A stretch of DNA of 64,000 nt from Mobula hypostoma. Lineage: Eukaryota. Location of the stretch: contig NC_086097.1 in NCBI RefSeq assembly GCF_963921235.1, positions 117,554,001 to 117,618,000 on the forward strand, written 5' to 3'. Position 1 is the first letter of the stretch; each line of letters opens with the position of its first letter. Below, piece after piece: positions 12,201-24,486 of the stretch. The notes under the pieces are model-generated. The model was not told the origin of the DNA. It was given only the letters and a program-made list of their open reading frames with translations, and made no database searches. Made by a program: the position numbers and the translations under genes.

Positions 12201-12612
12201 TCTCCTGGGTCATGAACTTTAACAACAAAGTCATTCAACTTTGATGACTCCCCAGTACCCGAAGAATGGAAAAGGAGATGAAGTGAGAAGACGTTGTAGC
12301 TCAAAAATGTCCCTTCTACCGATGGATTTGATGTGGGTTGCTCCAAGAGTACTTGACACACTATTAGAGTGATGAAGGACACCCTTTCAAAGAGGGGTCT
12401 CAACGGTTAGCACCGGCGGAGATGGAAGATGTTCAGCAGAATCTGCTGAAACTGAAGGAAGCTGGAATTATTATTGAGTCCGGGAGTCCATGAGCATCAC
12501 CCATAGTGGTGGTGAGGAAGAGGAATGGGAAGGTACAAATGTTTGTTGATTGTCAGGCGCTGAACAGGCATACAGTCCCAGACCAATATACTGTTCCATG
12601 GATCGACAATGT
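9214..12612 (+). mobile_element. Degraded Ty3/gypsy LTR retrotransposon with PNMA-like Gag: 5' LTR, PBS, gag, protease, start of RT; 3'-truncated
   Basis: LTR 9214-9872 (TGTA...TTGCA); degenerate tRNA-Pro PBS 9877-9894; Gag remnant RLRALSGVEP..EEEYE..LLDEWPCSDNMKNQRLVESLKG; protease remnant cttgacaca(g)ttctcaggtcact at ~11470; RT start ESGSP.ASPIVVVRKRNGKVQMFVD..ALNRHTVPDQY at ~12475-12600. Confidence 0.85.
9877..9894 (+). other. Primer-binding site, tRNA-Pro-like
   Basis: TGAGGGCTTATCCAGGAT versus canonical TGGGGGCTCGTCCGGGAT (4 mismatches, mostly CpG decay), 4 nt after the LTR end. Confidence 0.65.
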
Positions 12613-12671
12613 TGAAGACCATGTTCTGCATTGCGAACTGGTCAATCACCCAAAAATTTGACATACCGCAG

Positions 12672-12672
12672 G

Positions 12673-12711
<39 letters not shown>

Positions 12712-12720
12712 TCTCCCTCT
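12672..12720. repeat. (CT)n microsatellite
   Basis: Directly visible. Confidence 0.95.
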
Positions 12721-12909
12721 AATAACAGGGCAGAGAGATATCACTCAGTGAGAGGGGGAGACATAAACAAAACAGCTCACTGATTTTCAGTAATGAGATA
12801 CAAATATAGCTTATACATATACCCAGAAGCTAGCTTTGTGTAATATTTTTTCATAATTTTGTGCATGAAACAATAATGTGTACATTGAACCATCAGAAAG
12901 GTAAGCTAT

Positions 12910-13520
12910 CACTACCTTGGCTGCCCAGCTGGACAGTCATCATTCCCAACTCTGAATTTGCCTGCTACCAGTAAGCAGTCTTTGTCCTGCACTTGTTCAT
13001 CACGCATATTTACAGGTGCAGCCACTGAGCATGTTAAATTTTCATCAGCATTGATCTTGGAAATCTCATCAATTAACTTCTCTGCTGCTTCATGAACAGC
13101 AGATGCTTTATCACCACAAATCTTTAAAAAATTAATGCTGTGCATCTTTTTAAATTTCTGCAGTGAGCTTGCTGAATATTCACAATTACCTTCAATTTTT
13201 AGTTCATCGTGATTTAATTTTGCTTCTTTCATGCCAAGAATACCATCAAGTAGCATGTGTTCACTCTGACGCTGAAGAATCCATTCTTTCAATATACAAT
13301 CGTGATCTTCATTTTTTACTTTATGTAGTGTTGTTCTGTGGTTTGTTAACTTCCATTCATTACATACGTGAGGTCGCTGCTCAGAAATCTCTGTGGTGCA
13401 CAGAGACCTGCTTCATCTGGGGATCTTCCTAAAGCCCTGTGCAATTTTCCATTTGTGACACCATACAAAAACAAATCGGATTTTAGAGGCTTTTGGAGTT
13501 TGGAGTTTCAATGAAAGGGT
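12910..13520 (-). mobile_element. Tigger-like (Jerky/CENP-B family) transposase fragment
   Basis: KEWILQRQSEHMLLDG...KIEGNCEYSASSLQKFKKMHSINFLKICGDKASA.HEAAEK matches the Tc5/CENP-B HTH pattern (GWL..FK.RHGI....GE..SAD). Confidence 0.75.
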
Positions 13521-14123
13521 GAAACTAAGAAGTATCTGGGATGGTGGTGCAGATTACTAGCAGCAAGTAGGCCTCAGGTAGCACATCACTGGGTCTCTAT
13601 TTGTGAAATCGTTCTGCATTGTTCGATAGCTCTTGTGTTGTTAAATGTAAGATAAGAGCAGAGCTACATGTAGGTCTATTTCCATGCTTCCAAGAATTGC
13701 CTCTGCCAGGATCTTCTGTACACATTGCATTCCACAGCCTTACACAAGGGTCTGGTGAGAGGAGAAGCAAGTGCCTTTGCAGTATTTTCAGGCTATTGTA
13801 AGTTTTTCTATATATTTCTGAATTCAGGAAATACTTAACAGTTAACCAGCAAAGATAGCTAGCTAAAGACTATAATTTTTGCTGAAGACATAATTAAAAA
13901 TACAATTAACAAATAAAGATAATTAGTAAAATTCACAGTATTTTTCATTGAGATAGCATGCATTATCATCTCTCATACATAGAGTGATTTATAACTGGTG
14001 TGAAATTCTGTACCAATCATAAGAATAAACATAAGCTAAAACACTCATTTTGTAAATTTAATATCAAAATCTAATATTTCAATAGTGTAATCTACTTATT
14101 GTTAATAAACAGTCAATGGCCAA

Positions 14124-16634
14124 TTTATTAGTATGGTAGTGGAAGCTGGTGTGGTCTTTTGTTGCTGTAGCCAATCTGCTTCAAGGTTTGATGTGTTGTG
14201 CATTCAGAGATACTCTTCTGCACACCACTGTCGTAACACGTGGTTACTTGAGATATTGTCACCTTCCTGTCAGCTTGAACTAGTCTGGCCATACTTTATA
14301 CTTTATTGTCGCAAAACAATTGGTACTAGAATGTACAATCATCACAGTGATATTTGATTCTGCACTTCCCACTCCATGGATTACAAATATTAAATATTAA
14401 AAATATTAAGAATAGTTAAAATTAATAAATATTTAAAAATTTAAATTATAAATCATAAATAGAAAATAGAAAAATGGGAGGTAAGGTAGTGCAAAAAAGC
14501 CTAGAGGCAGGTCCGGATATTTGGAGGGTAGGGCCCAGATCCGGGTCAGGATCCGTTCAGCAGTCTTATCACAGTTGGAAAGAAGCTGTTCCCAAATCTG
14601 GCTGTATGAGTCTTCAAGCTCTTGAGCCTTCTCCCGGAGGGAAGAGGGATGAAAAGTGTGTTGGCTGGGTGGGTCATGTCCTTAATTATCCTGACAGTAC
14701 TGCTCCGACAGCGTGCGGTGTAAAGTGAGTCAAAGGACAGAAGATTGGTTTGTGTGATGTGCTGCGCCCTGTTCACGATCTTCTGCAGCTTCTTTCGGTC
14801 TTGGACAGAACAACTTCCATACCAGGTTGTGATGCACCCTAGAAGAATGCTTTCTACGGTGCATCTATAAAAATTAGTGAGGGTTTTAGGGGACAGGACA
14901 AATTTCTTTAGTTTTCTCAGGAAGTAAAGGCAATGGTGGACCATCTTGACAGTGAACTCTGCTTGGTTGGACATAGTCAGGTCATTTGTGATATTGACCC
15001 TGAGGAACTTAAAGCTTTTGACCTGTTCCATTTGCGCACCACCGATGTAAATTGGGTCTGCGGTTCACTACTCCTTCTGAAGTCAACAACCAATTCCTTC
15101 ATCTTGCTGACGTTGAGGGATAGGTTATTGTCTTCGCACCATGCCACCCGGTTCTTAATTTCCTCTCTGTACTCAAACTCATCATTTCCCGAGATACGGC
15201 CTACAATTGTTGTGTCATCAGCAAACTTATATATTGAGTTTGATGGAAACTTGGCTACACAATCATGGGTGTACAGTGAGTACAGCAGGGGGCTGAGTAC
15301 ACAGCCTTGTGGGGCACCGGTGCTCAGAGTGATTGTAGAGGAGAGCTTGTCCCCTATTTTTACAGCCTGGGTCCTGTCTGTGAGGAAGTTGAAGATCCAG
15401 CTGCAGATCTGAGTGCTAAGGCCCAGGTTCCGGAGCTTAGGAATCAGTTTATTTGGAATAATGGTATTAAAGGCAGAACTGTAGTCAATGAAAAGGAGCC
15501 TTACGCATGCATCTTTATTCTCCAGGTGTTCTAAGGAGGAATGTAGGGCCAGAGAGATGGCATCTGCCGTTGACCTGTTGCTCCGGTAGGCGAACTGCAA
15601 AGCATCGAGGTTGACCGGTAGACTGTGGTTGATGTGTGCCAAAACCAATCTCTCGAAGCACTTCATAGTAATTGATGTCAGAGCCACAGGTCGATAGTCA
15701 TTCAGGCATGCCACCTTGCTCTTCTTCAGCACTAGGATTATCATCGTCTTCTTAAAACATGAAGGGATCTTAGACTGAAGCAAGGAACAGTTGAAGATGT
15801 CAGCAAACACTCCAGCTAGCTCGCTTGCACAGGCCCAGAGAACCCGTCCTGGAACACAATCTGGGCCTATCGCCTTCCTTGAATTTATCTTCAGGAAGGC
15901 CCTTCTAACGTCCTCCTCGGTGACGATGAATCTCGATACCACCAGGTCCGGTTCATCTGGAGGGAGCAGGACGCTCCTCTTCTGTTCGAATCTTGCGTAG
16001 AATACGTTAAGTTCGTCAGGAAGAGAAATGCCACAGTTATTGATATTCCCGGCCTTTTTTTTGCACCCAGTGATCTCATTTAGACCCTGCCATAGTCTAC
16101 TGGCATCCCTTTGGTTAACCTAGGCTTCCAACTTGCCTCTTGGCGCCCTTAACAGCTTTCTGGAGTTCACGCCTGGATTCCGTGTAGCGACTGGTATCCC
16201 CGGACCTAAAAGCCTCAGCCCTAGCCTTTAAAAGGGACTTGACCTCATAATTCATCCAAGGTTTCCGGTTAGGGAATGCCCATTCTCCTCTGACCTCTCT
16301 CTTAACAAGGTGTTTTCACCCACAGAACTGCTGCTCACTGGATTTTTTGTTTTTTTGTTTTTCACAGCATTCTTCGTAAACTCCAGACTGCAATGCATAA
16401 AAACCCAAGAGGATCAGTAGCTTCTGAGATACTCAATTCACTCCATCTGGCACCAACTATCATTCCATAGTCAAAGGTACTTATATTACATTTTTCCCCA
16501 GTCTGATGTTTGGCATGAACAACAACTAAACCCCTTGACCATGCTTTTATGCTTTGAGCTGCTGTCACATGACTGGCTGATTACATATTTGCATTAGCAA
16601 GCAGGTATACAGGTGTATCTAATAAAGTGGCCAC
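14124..16634 (-). mobile_element. Non-autonomous Tc1-like element split by a Rex1 insertion (parts 14124-14292 and 16280-16634)
   Basis: gaactagtctggCCAT|...|CCATtctcctctgacc rejoins; terminus ..aataaagtggccac at 16621-16634. Confidence 0.8.
14293..16279 (-). mobile_element. 5'-truncated Rex1/Babar-type LINE with an almost intact RT (one frameshift near 15035)
   Basis: ORF 14977..15942(-): KAIGPD, NDYRPVALTSITMKCFERLV, QFAYR..RST.DA, LFIDYSSAFNTI, GAPQGCVLSPLL, KFADDT; continues in 14546..15031(-). CCAT is duplicated at the junctions. Confidence 0.93.
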
Positions 16635-16934
16635 CTACAGTTACATCATTGGATGAAATATACAAAATAATTGAAATCCAACTGCTTTATCATTAAATAT
16701 TTAACTTTCTCAGGAGCTTTCTTGTGCTATGAAGAATAAAACCACTATCAATGACTGTTGATTAATTTACTCTCTCTGTCTTGATAGTCCCTGCTCTACA
16801 AGAATCCCTGGAGTTTAGATGACCTTTCCAAAGAGTTCTGGAAGATTAAGGAAAAGATCACAATTAATGTTGACCTGTTCAACTCACTGAATTTGGTTAC
16901 GGTCCCACTTGTAGCCATGGTCATCGTAGCAGGG

Positions 16935-18144
16935 TGTCATCATCCAGTCCGTGAAATCCACATTCCGGTTCACGGTCCGATCCAATGACCCTTGCTCCAG
17001 GTTTTCTTATCTACCCTGTTTCTGTTCCTGTGGAACACTAATTGAGGCAGCTGATTCTCGTTGGGGCTGGCGGCATAAATACCTTCAGAGACCAGGGTGT
17101 GGCTGTTGGATTGTCCTTGTCCTTACTCCTTGTATCCCTTCCCCTGCCTTCTGTTTCCTTGCCTGAAGCCTTGCCTTGTCTTGCTGGTTACTCCCGCCTC
17201 GCCTGAAGTTCTGGTCTTGTCTTGCCTCGCATTGCCTGAAACCTTGCTTTATCTTGCCAGTGACTCTTGCCTCACCTGAAGTTCTTGTCTCGTCTTGCAT
17301 TGCCTGAAGCCTTGCCTTGTCTTGCTGGTAACTCTCGCCTCGTCTCGCCTGCAGTCTTGTCCTGGAGCCACCCTGTACCTAGCTCCCTTCCTGTCCTTTG
17401 CCTCCGCCGGGTAAGTCAGGCCAGATTGCCGTTACCCTGTGGTTGCTTCTGTCCCTTCCTGTCCCTTGCCTCCATCGGGTAAGCCAGGCCAGATTGTCGT
17501 TACCCTGCAGTGGGTCCTGTCCCTTCTTATCCCTTGCCTCCGTCGGGTAAGCCAGGCCAGATTGCTGTTACCCTGCGGTGGGTTCTGTCCCTTCCTGTCC
17601 TTTGCCTCCATCGGGTGGAGATCCACACCCTGCCCAGGAGGAGGAGCTTCAAGACCCCAAGCCTCTAGCCAAGCCTCGCTTCAAGTCTCTAGCCAAGCCT
17701 CACCTCGAATCTCTAGCCAAGCCTCGCCTCGAGTCTCTAGCTAAGCTTCGCCTTGAGTCTCTAGCTAAGCCTTGCCTCGAGTCTCTAGCCTCCAGCCTCA
17801 CCTCGCCTCAAGTCTCCAGCCTCCAGCCTTGCCTCGCCTCAAGCTTCTGGTCCCCAGCCTTGCCTCAAGCCTCTGGTCTCCAGCCTTGTCCTGCCTAACA
17901 GCCAAGTAACGTCCTTGCCTAGTTCTAGGGTCCGAGGCAGAGGTAAGACCCAGGTTCTGGGTCCTTGTCCAGTCTCTGGCTCGGAGCCCAAGCCCGGGCT
18001 CCTAGCTCTCTTGTCCAGTCCTGTTCCGGGTTCCTGGTTTTTGTGTCCATGTCCTAGCCCTCTCCCTGTTTCCTAGTCCAGTCCCTAGTACTTCAGTGTC
18101 TGTGTCTTGCATTTGGGTCCATTCCCAGCCACCTCCTTATGACA
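16935..18144 (+). mobile_element. Solo LTR (1210 bp) of the same family as 53488-55953
   Basis: TGTCAT...ATGACA termini; 5-bp TSD CAGGG (16930-34 and 18145-49); CATAAATA box at ~17074; internal tandem repeats. Confidence 0.93.
17660..17800 (+). repeat. 24-bp VNTR within the LTR (TCTCTAGCCAAGCCTCGCCTCGAG, ~6 copies)
   Basis: Visible as SLAKPRLE repeats in ORF 17578..17898. Confidence 0.9.
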
Positions 18145-18454
18145 CAGGGATGGAAATGATATTTATTTTTTGTTTCATCCAGCATTTCTGTTTAATATTA
18201 TGGTGCTGATTTATACAAGTTATCTTGTAGTCTATAGGAATTACAATTTAATTCTCAGTCTGCTGAATTCCTTAAGCTGTTTCTTTGATTTGAGTTTTAA
18301 AAAATGCAGTGAAGTTACTAAGTTCCCAGGATACGCTTAGATAATTTTTTTGCTCAGTGGATCAGCGCAGTTTCCAAATTGCAAATATTTTCTACATATT
18401 GAGCCTACTATATCTGTCAGTTATATACTGTGCTCTGACAAGTCATTCTGTCCC

Positions 18455-19015
18455 TGAGCTACCAGTACAGAAACAAACTCTTTGGCCCATCTCGTCCACA
18501 CTGACCAAATTACCCAACTGAGCTTGTCCCATCTGCCTGAATTGGCTTCATATCCCTCTAAACCAGGGGTTCCCAACCTTTCTATGCCATGGACCAGTAC
18601 CATTAGGAATGAAGTCCGTGGATCCCAGGTTGGGAATCCTGCTCTAAACCTTTCCCATTGATGTAACTGTCAAAAGGCCTTTTAAATATCATGATAGTAC
18701 CCGCTTGCACCACTTCCTCTGGTTTGAGATTGTTCTAGAAACTCAGTACTCTCTGCGTGAAAAAGTTTCCCCTTGAGTTCTCTTTAGATGCTTTCCCTCT
18801 CAGTCTAAACTTATGCCCTGTAGTTTTGGGCTCCCCTAACCTCGAGGAAAAGACTTTGACTATTTACTTTATCTATGTCCCTCATGATTTTATAAACCTT
18901 TATAAGTTCACTTCTCAGGGGAAGAAACTCCTAGCCTTTCCAGTCTCTTCTTATAAACTAAGCTCTCCAGTCCCAGTAACATCCACAGGAATAATTTCTT
19001 CTCCCTTTCCAATTT
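18455..19015 (-). mobile_element. Degraded CR1 3' fragment
   Basis: ttaaacttatgccct-type (RGH.FK) motif and the ggccc...tccacactgacc CR1 3' tail on the minus strand. Confidence 0.65.
18564..18641. mobile_element. 78-bp hAT (Charlie-like) MITE
   Basis: TIR CAGGGGTTCCCAACC...GGTTGGGAATCCTG; perfect 8-bp TSD CTCTAAAC (18556-63 and 18642-49). Confidence 0.92.
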
Positions 19016-20094
19016 AATGATTGGATTTGTACTGATCATCAGTGCTATATTAAGGAAAGTTAAGACTTAAAATAAACAACCATAAACAGAATGACAGATC
19101 AAATTTATAGTTTTTTCCAGCTAAACAGAATTGGTAAATGAAAACAAACTGTTAAACCGGAGGAAGGAGAAAGTCTGTCAAGTAATTTCTTCATTAGAGG
19201 GCTCAGAGAAGAAAATCACTGACATGGAGAAACAAAAATCAATATAAACTATCAGGAGGTTTCTTCATGAAATAACTTGGTGAGGGGAAGATAACCCTTA
19301 TATAATCATTGCAGATGAGGCAAACCATTGGACGCATTCAAAAACATTGGTTCTGGTAATGGTTTATTATTGTATCATGTACCAAAATACAATGAAAAGC
19401 TTGTGCCAGGAAAACGAATCTCTGGGGAGAATATGGTGATATATATGTACTTTAAATCATTGCACATTGTATTGAGGTAAAACAAGGCAACCCAATAACA
19501 ATGCCAAATAAAGTGTAAAAGCTACAGAGAAAGTGCAGTGCAAGTAAACAATAAGGTGAAAGATTGTACAGAGAATTTAAATTTAAAAGAGGTAGAGTTA
19601 TTCTAATAGAAATGGTGAGTTGAAATTTAGGGAGCAACTTGTAACAAGTCACCATACTCCAGCACCATTCAATATCTTTATGCTTCTAACCAATGATAAC
19701 TTGGTTATAGATTTGATAAGCCACAAGCTTAACAGCCAAGCAATAAACCTATTATAGCAGAAAGATGAAGGGGATTAAAAAATTATAGCATGGGCACTTG
19801 TTTCTTGATATTCCTTCCTGGAGCAGAAAAGATTAATAGCAGATTTAGCCAAAGCAATTAAGATCAAATAGAAGTTTTTTTTAGGACTATTTTAAATAGG
19901 GAAAAGACCTTACTAACATTAAGTGTTGACCAAAATAATAAAAATACAACTAATCCTGAAAATCCTCAGACAAAATTGAATTTGAAATTATTTCAAAATA
20001 ATATTGTGAGTAATTTAGATATGGAGGCAGTAATATTTTGTTAATATTGTCTTTAGAATCATACATTTTTACTTAATAATGTACAGATACATAA

Positions 20095-20295
20095 TCATCA
20101 TCATGTTCTGTGTTGTATGATGAAGGTGATCATGGTGATGATCATGATTGTTCTTGGCAAATGTTTCTACAGAAACAGCGTGCCATTGCCGCCTTCTGGG
20201 CAGTATCTTTACAAGACTGGTGGCCCCAACCGTGATCAATATTCTTCAGAGATTGTCTGTCTGGCATCAGTGGTTACATAACCAGGACTTGTAAA
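20095..20295 (-). mobile_element. RTE-tail SINE-like repeat, 3' half
   Basis: Reverse complement of 6780-6978. Confidence 0.75.
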
Positions 20296-20989
20296 TGTAC
20301 AGTGTACATGAACAAATATACACTTGACAATCCTTTTAATGTTCTGGTTTAGTTATTTAATTTTCAAAATTTAAAATGTTGATTAAATTCAATGCCAATT
20401 TATCAAATTATTATCAGAAAGCGAAACCAAATAATTTTAAAGCAAGAATCTACAGACTGCAAGATATGCAGTATCTGTGGAGAAAGAAACAGGGTTAATG
20501 TTATCAGGTCAAGAATGTTTTACCATAACCTGAAATGTCAGCTCAGTTTCTTTTATTCTGCAAATGCTGTCTGACCTGCAAAAGATCTCCAAAAACTTAA
20601 ATACTTTGTTTTATTCATTAGTAATCTCATGCTTTAAATATTACTGGTATGTACATCAGAGACATGGATAAAATAAGAAATAGACTTTGGATGAATTAAA
20701 CAAAAATAATAACTCAGATGTTCTCCAACCACTGGAAGATATTGGAAGAACAGCATGCTATATCATTGCAGTGGGTTAGTATGGGGTCAAAAGCATACTT
20801 GCTTGGAAATTACACTGCATAGCTCCTTTTTGTTGTCAGAACACACATGGACAACCAAGACCTCAAGACAGTAGTCAGTAACTTCAATGCCAACTATACT
20901 TAGAAATGAGATACAAGAGTCACTTGAAGCAGGTGCCTTTGCCTTTGATTATGAATGCATAGGATCGAATCCCTACATTAGGAGGAGCA

Positions 20990-21215
20990 AAGCTGTAGTG
21001 TAGTGGTTATGGTACTGTTGCTACAATGTCAGCGACATAGGTTCAGTTCCCACCTCTGTCTAGATAGAGTGTGTGCAATCTTCCATGACCCATGTGAGTT
21101 TCCCTTGGGTGCTCCGGTTTCCTCCTACATTCCAAAGTTGTACAGGCTAGTATGTTAATTGATCACTGAGTGTAAATGGACAGCACAGGCTCCTTTGGCC
21201 AAAAAACCCTCTTAC
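20990..21215 (+). mobile_element. tRNA-derived V-SINE (HE1-like)
   Basis: A-box-like TAGTGTAGTGG; B-box-like GGTTCAGTTCC; V-domain core GTTTCCCTTGGGTGCTCCGGTTTCCTCCTACATTCCAAAG; CR1-like tail. Confidence 0.8.
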
Positions 21216-21537
21216 CTCCAAACAAATCAATAAAAATCTTTGCCTTCCAAGAGTGGTTTGTTCTGAAATACTTTCTGGACAAATTAGACAATCATGTAAG
21301 AAATTTGATTTAAGATAAGGCTTTGCCCCCTTGGAGAAATCTACAATGAACTGTCAATCCATGATTGCCCATTGAACATTACAATACAAAGTCAAAATTA
21401 CCCACATTTCTGATACTTTAACAGCAGAGAAAGAGTTGGCATAGTGGAAAGGGGAACATTATTAATTATACTTCAAGCCTCTTGAATATATCCATGACAT
21501 TAATTCAGACAATTGCTGAAGGTGACATAACGAGAAT

Positions 21538-22089
21538 CAGTGGCCACTTTATTAGGTACAACTGTCCACCATCTCATTAATACAAATATCTAATCAGACA
21601 ATTGTGTAGCAGCAACTCAATTCATAAAAGCATGCAGACATGGTCAAGAGGTACAGTTGTTGTTCAGACCAAACATCAGAATGGGGAAGAAATTTGGTCT
21701 AAGTGACTATGCCCATGGAATGATAGTTGGAGCCAGAAAAGGCTGTTTGAATATCCTTGAAACTGTTGATCTCCTTGGGTTTTCATGCAGAACAGTCTCT
21801 AAGAGTTTACAGAGAATGGCGCGAGGAACAAAAAAAAATCCACTGAGTGGCAGTTCTGTGGGCGAGAAATGTCAGAGGTCAGAGTACAATGGACAAACTG
21901 GTTCAAGCTGACTGGAAGTTGAATGTAATGCAAATAACTATGCATTACAACAGTGGTGTGCAGAAAACCATCTCTGAATGCACAGCATGTTGAAACCTGA
22001 AGTGGAAGGGCTACAGCAGCAGAAGACCACAAACATGCACTCAGTAGCCACTTTATTAGATATAGAGGTACCTATTAAAGTACACACTG
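21538..22089 (+). mobile_element. Non-autonomous Tc1-like element
   Basis: CAGTGGCCACTTTATTAGGTACA start; MGKKFGLSDYAHGMIVGARKGCLNILETVDLLGFS HTH remnant; inverted end ..tacctattaaagtacacactgag. Confidence 0.85.
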
Positions 22090-23032
22090 AGCGTATGTAC
22101 TAATGTGCAATTCATTCTATAATATTCTTCTTCAGTTGTAGAATGGTCATGTCTTCTTTAATAAATTGTGAAGTAGGGTAGTATGTAAGAAACTTACAAA
22201 CTTGAAACATTTATTATCTCTGTACCATGAAGTGTATTTTGACCTGCTGCAGTAACTGGAGGATTATGTCAAAAGACTAGCCAATGTTCCGTAATGATGC
22301 TTTAAGTGCAAGGAGCTTATTTTAATTGTGTTTTGTCTCTCAGTTTTGAAAAATGTTGGTCTTTTATAAAGAACCTTCCCCTATGTTTTTTATCCTTGAA
22401 AGGTATTTTCTACGGATGTTATCCAGGAACAGTAGTTCGCAAAGCAGGATTGTCCTTTATAATAGAGTTTTAATTGGAATTGGCAAGATTCACAATGTGG
22501 AATGGAGGTTTTATTTTCTATTAAAGAAGGTCATGGCTTTACGTTAAGAAATAGAATCAAAATCAATCTAGTCTCAGAAGACAGATAACAGAAATTAGGA
22601 AATTGGGAGCCCCTATCAAGCCCCTATTCAATTTTAAGGCAATAAAATGGTTAGCTGTTTTGAGACTGCAGCAATCATGTGTTTCGTACATCACTGGGCT
22701 ACACATTGAAATTTATTGCATCTGCAGTTTTTCTCTCCAAATCATAGATGAGGTTGATTAGGAAATAGTCTACTGCGCTGCCATCATCACCAGTCTAGTT
22801 CCTAGAAAATATTTCCAATTTCACTATGGGAATAACTTTAGTGGGAGAAATGCAAGGGTACAATTATGATGATTCATCATTAATTTGTCAGGAGCAATAG
22901 TGATGGATACAAAATGCTGATGCAGCCTTCACTGCCATTGTGATGTGCCACTTATCTGCCAGCTCCACATATGAGCTCTTGGATTGTTCTTTGTCTGGAA
23001 CTTCCTTTTAACCTTACCAACACAGGTGACTG

Positions 23033-23997
23033 TGTTATTGTGTGTCTACATATTAAAGAACTTCAGTTCCCAGTGTGTAATGTGAGCGGTTCACCTGGAA
23101 CTGGAAGTGATGTTGGTAAGCTGGTCGCCTGCACTCAGGTCAAGCTGAAGCCATGAGCTGGGCATACACACTCGTGTGGAGCTGGAGCCATTACTGCAGT
23201 GTCATGTAAAAAGACAAGTCAGCTAAAGAGAAAGGAAAAAAATACAGAAGCAGTATCATGACAAGACTGCAAAGAGCCAACCAGTTCTGAAGCTGGAAGA
23301 TGAAGTATATATCCAAGATCACAATTCTGGCACATGATCTATGCAATGATATATGCAAGAAGAAATTGCTCCTCATTCCTACCAGATCCAGATGGAGTGA
23401 GGAACACTTCTGAGAAGGAACTGAGTGGATCTACAGCCACAAGCTCTAACCCATAGCTGTGACACATCACCTGTCAGGACACCAAGGGGTCAGCAGATGT
23501 GAAAAATAAACTTGTTGTTCAGAGTTCTCAGAAAGACACTAATATTAACACAGCAAGTGAAAGCAATACGTCTGTGGAAACAATAGCAGACCCAAATGGA
23601 TCATCAAACCACCTCACAGACTGGCTGAGAGTTGCTGAGGGAATAAGGGGTTGCAGTTGCTCAATACAATTGAAGTTAATGTCAATATCTATGTTGCAAA
23701 GCATCATTTTTTCTTGAAGGTTCATGAGGACATAGTATTGTCTTTGTTTTTTTCTCTAAAGTGGGGATATGTGTTATTTTGAGTGTACAGAATAAAGAAC
23801 TTCAGTTCCCAGTGTTCAATGAGGGCAGCTCCCCCAGAACCAGAAGTGATGTTGCACACCAGGTCGCACACGCTCAAGTCAAACTGAAGCCATGAGTTGG
23901 ACACATGTGCTCGTGTGGAGCGACAGCCATTTTGTAATTAAATATGTGTTAGCGTTTTTACCTACATTGTTTGTCTTTATTAAGAATGAACATAACA
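23033..23997 (+). mobile_element. Internally deleted gypsy element: partial 5' LTR, integrase C-terminal tail, PPT and 3' LTR
   Basis: Direct repeats 23033-23195 and 23772-23935; 3' LTR TGTTAT...ATAACA (23772-23997) preceded by purine tract AAAGTGGGGA; LEDEVYIQD and APHSYQIQ..GTLLRRN remnants at 23290-23425. Confidence 0.8.
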
Positions 23998-24486
23998 ATG
24001 ACCTTACTAGGAGTTAAGCTCCAGATGGCTAAATTCCAGATGGCATCGCTCTCGGAATATCAGGAACTCAGAATCCTTTCCACCATGAGAAGGTGATGAT
24101 CTCCAGAGAAGGGAGCAAGGTGTGTAATCTGGCCACTACATTTAATGAAGGACTTAAATACTTCAGAAAGGATCCAGAAGAAGTTCACCAGGAGGCTGCC
24201 TAGATTAGAGGATTAGCTATTAGGAGCGGATGGATTAACCTGGAATTTTCTTTTTTAGGAGCATAACAGATTGTGTTATGAAAGGCACTAATATTAGTGT
24301 CTTTCATAACACAACTGAATAGAAGTATGTCAAATCAGAATCAGGTTTAATATCACCTCACCGGTATATGTCGTGAAAATTGTTAACTACACGGCTGCAG
24401 TACAATGCCAGTCATGATAAATATAAAAAAAAACTGAATTACTGTAAGTATATAGAGATGTATATTAAATAGTTAAATTAAATAAC

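Noticed and set aside
17660..17800. CRISPR-like regular repeats
   Set aside because: The units are contiguous with no unique spacers, there are no cas genes, and the context is a eukaryotic LTR.
19110..19250. Short coiled-coil-like frame ELVNENKLLNRRKEK...
   Set aside because: About 40 codons bounded by stops, with no convincing splice pair or homology.
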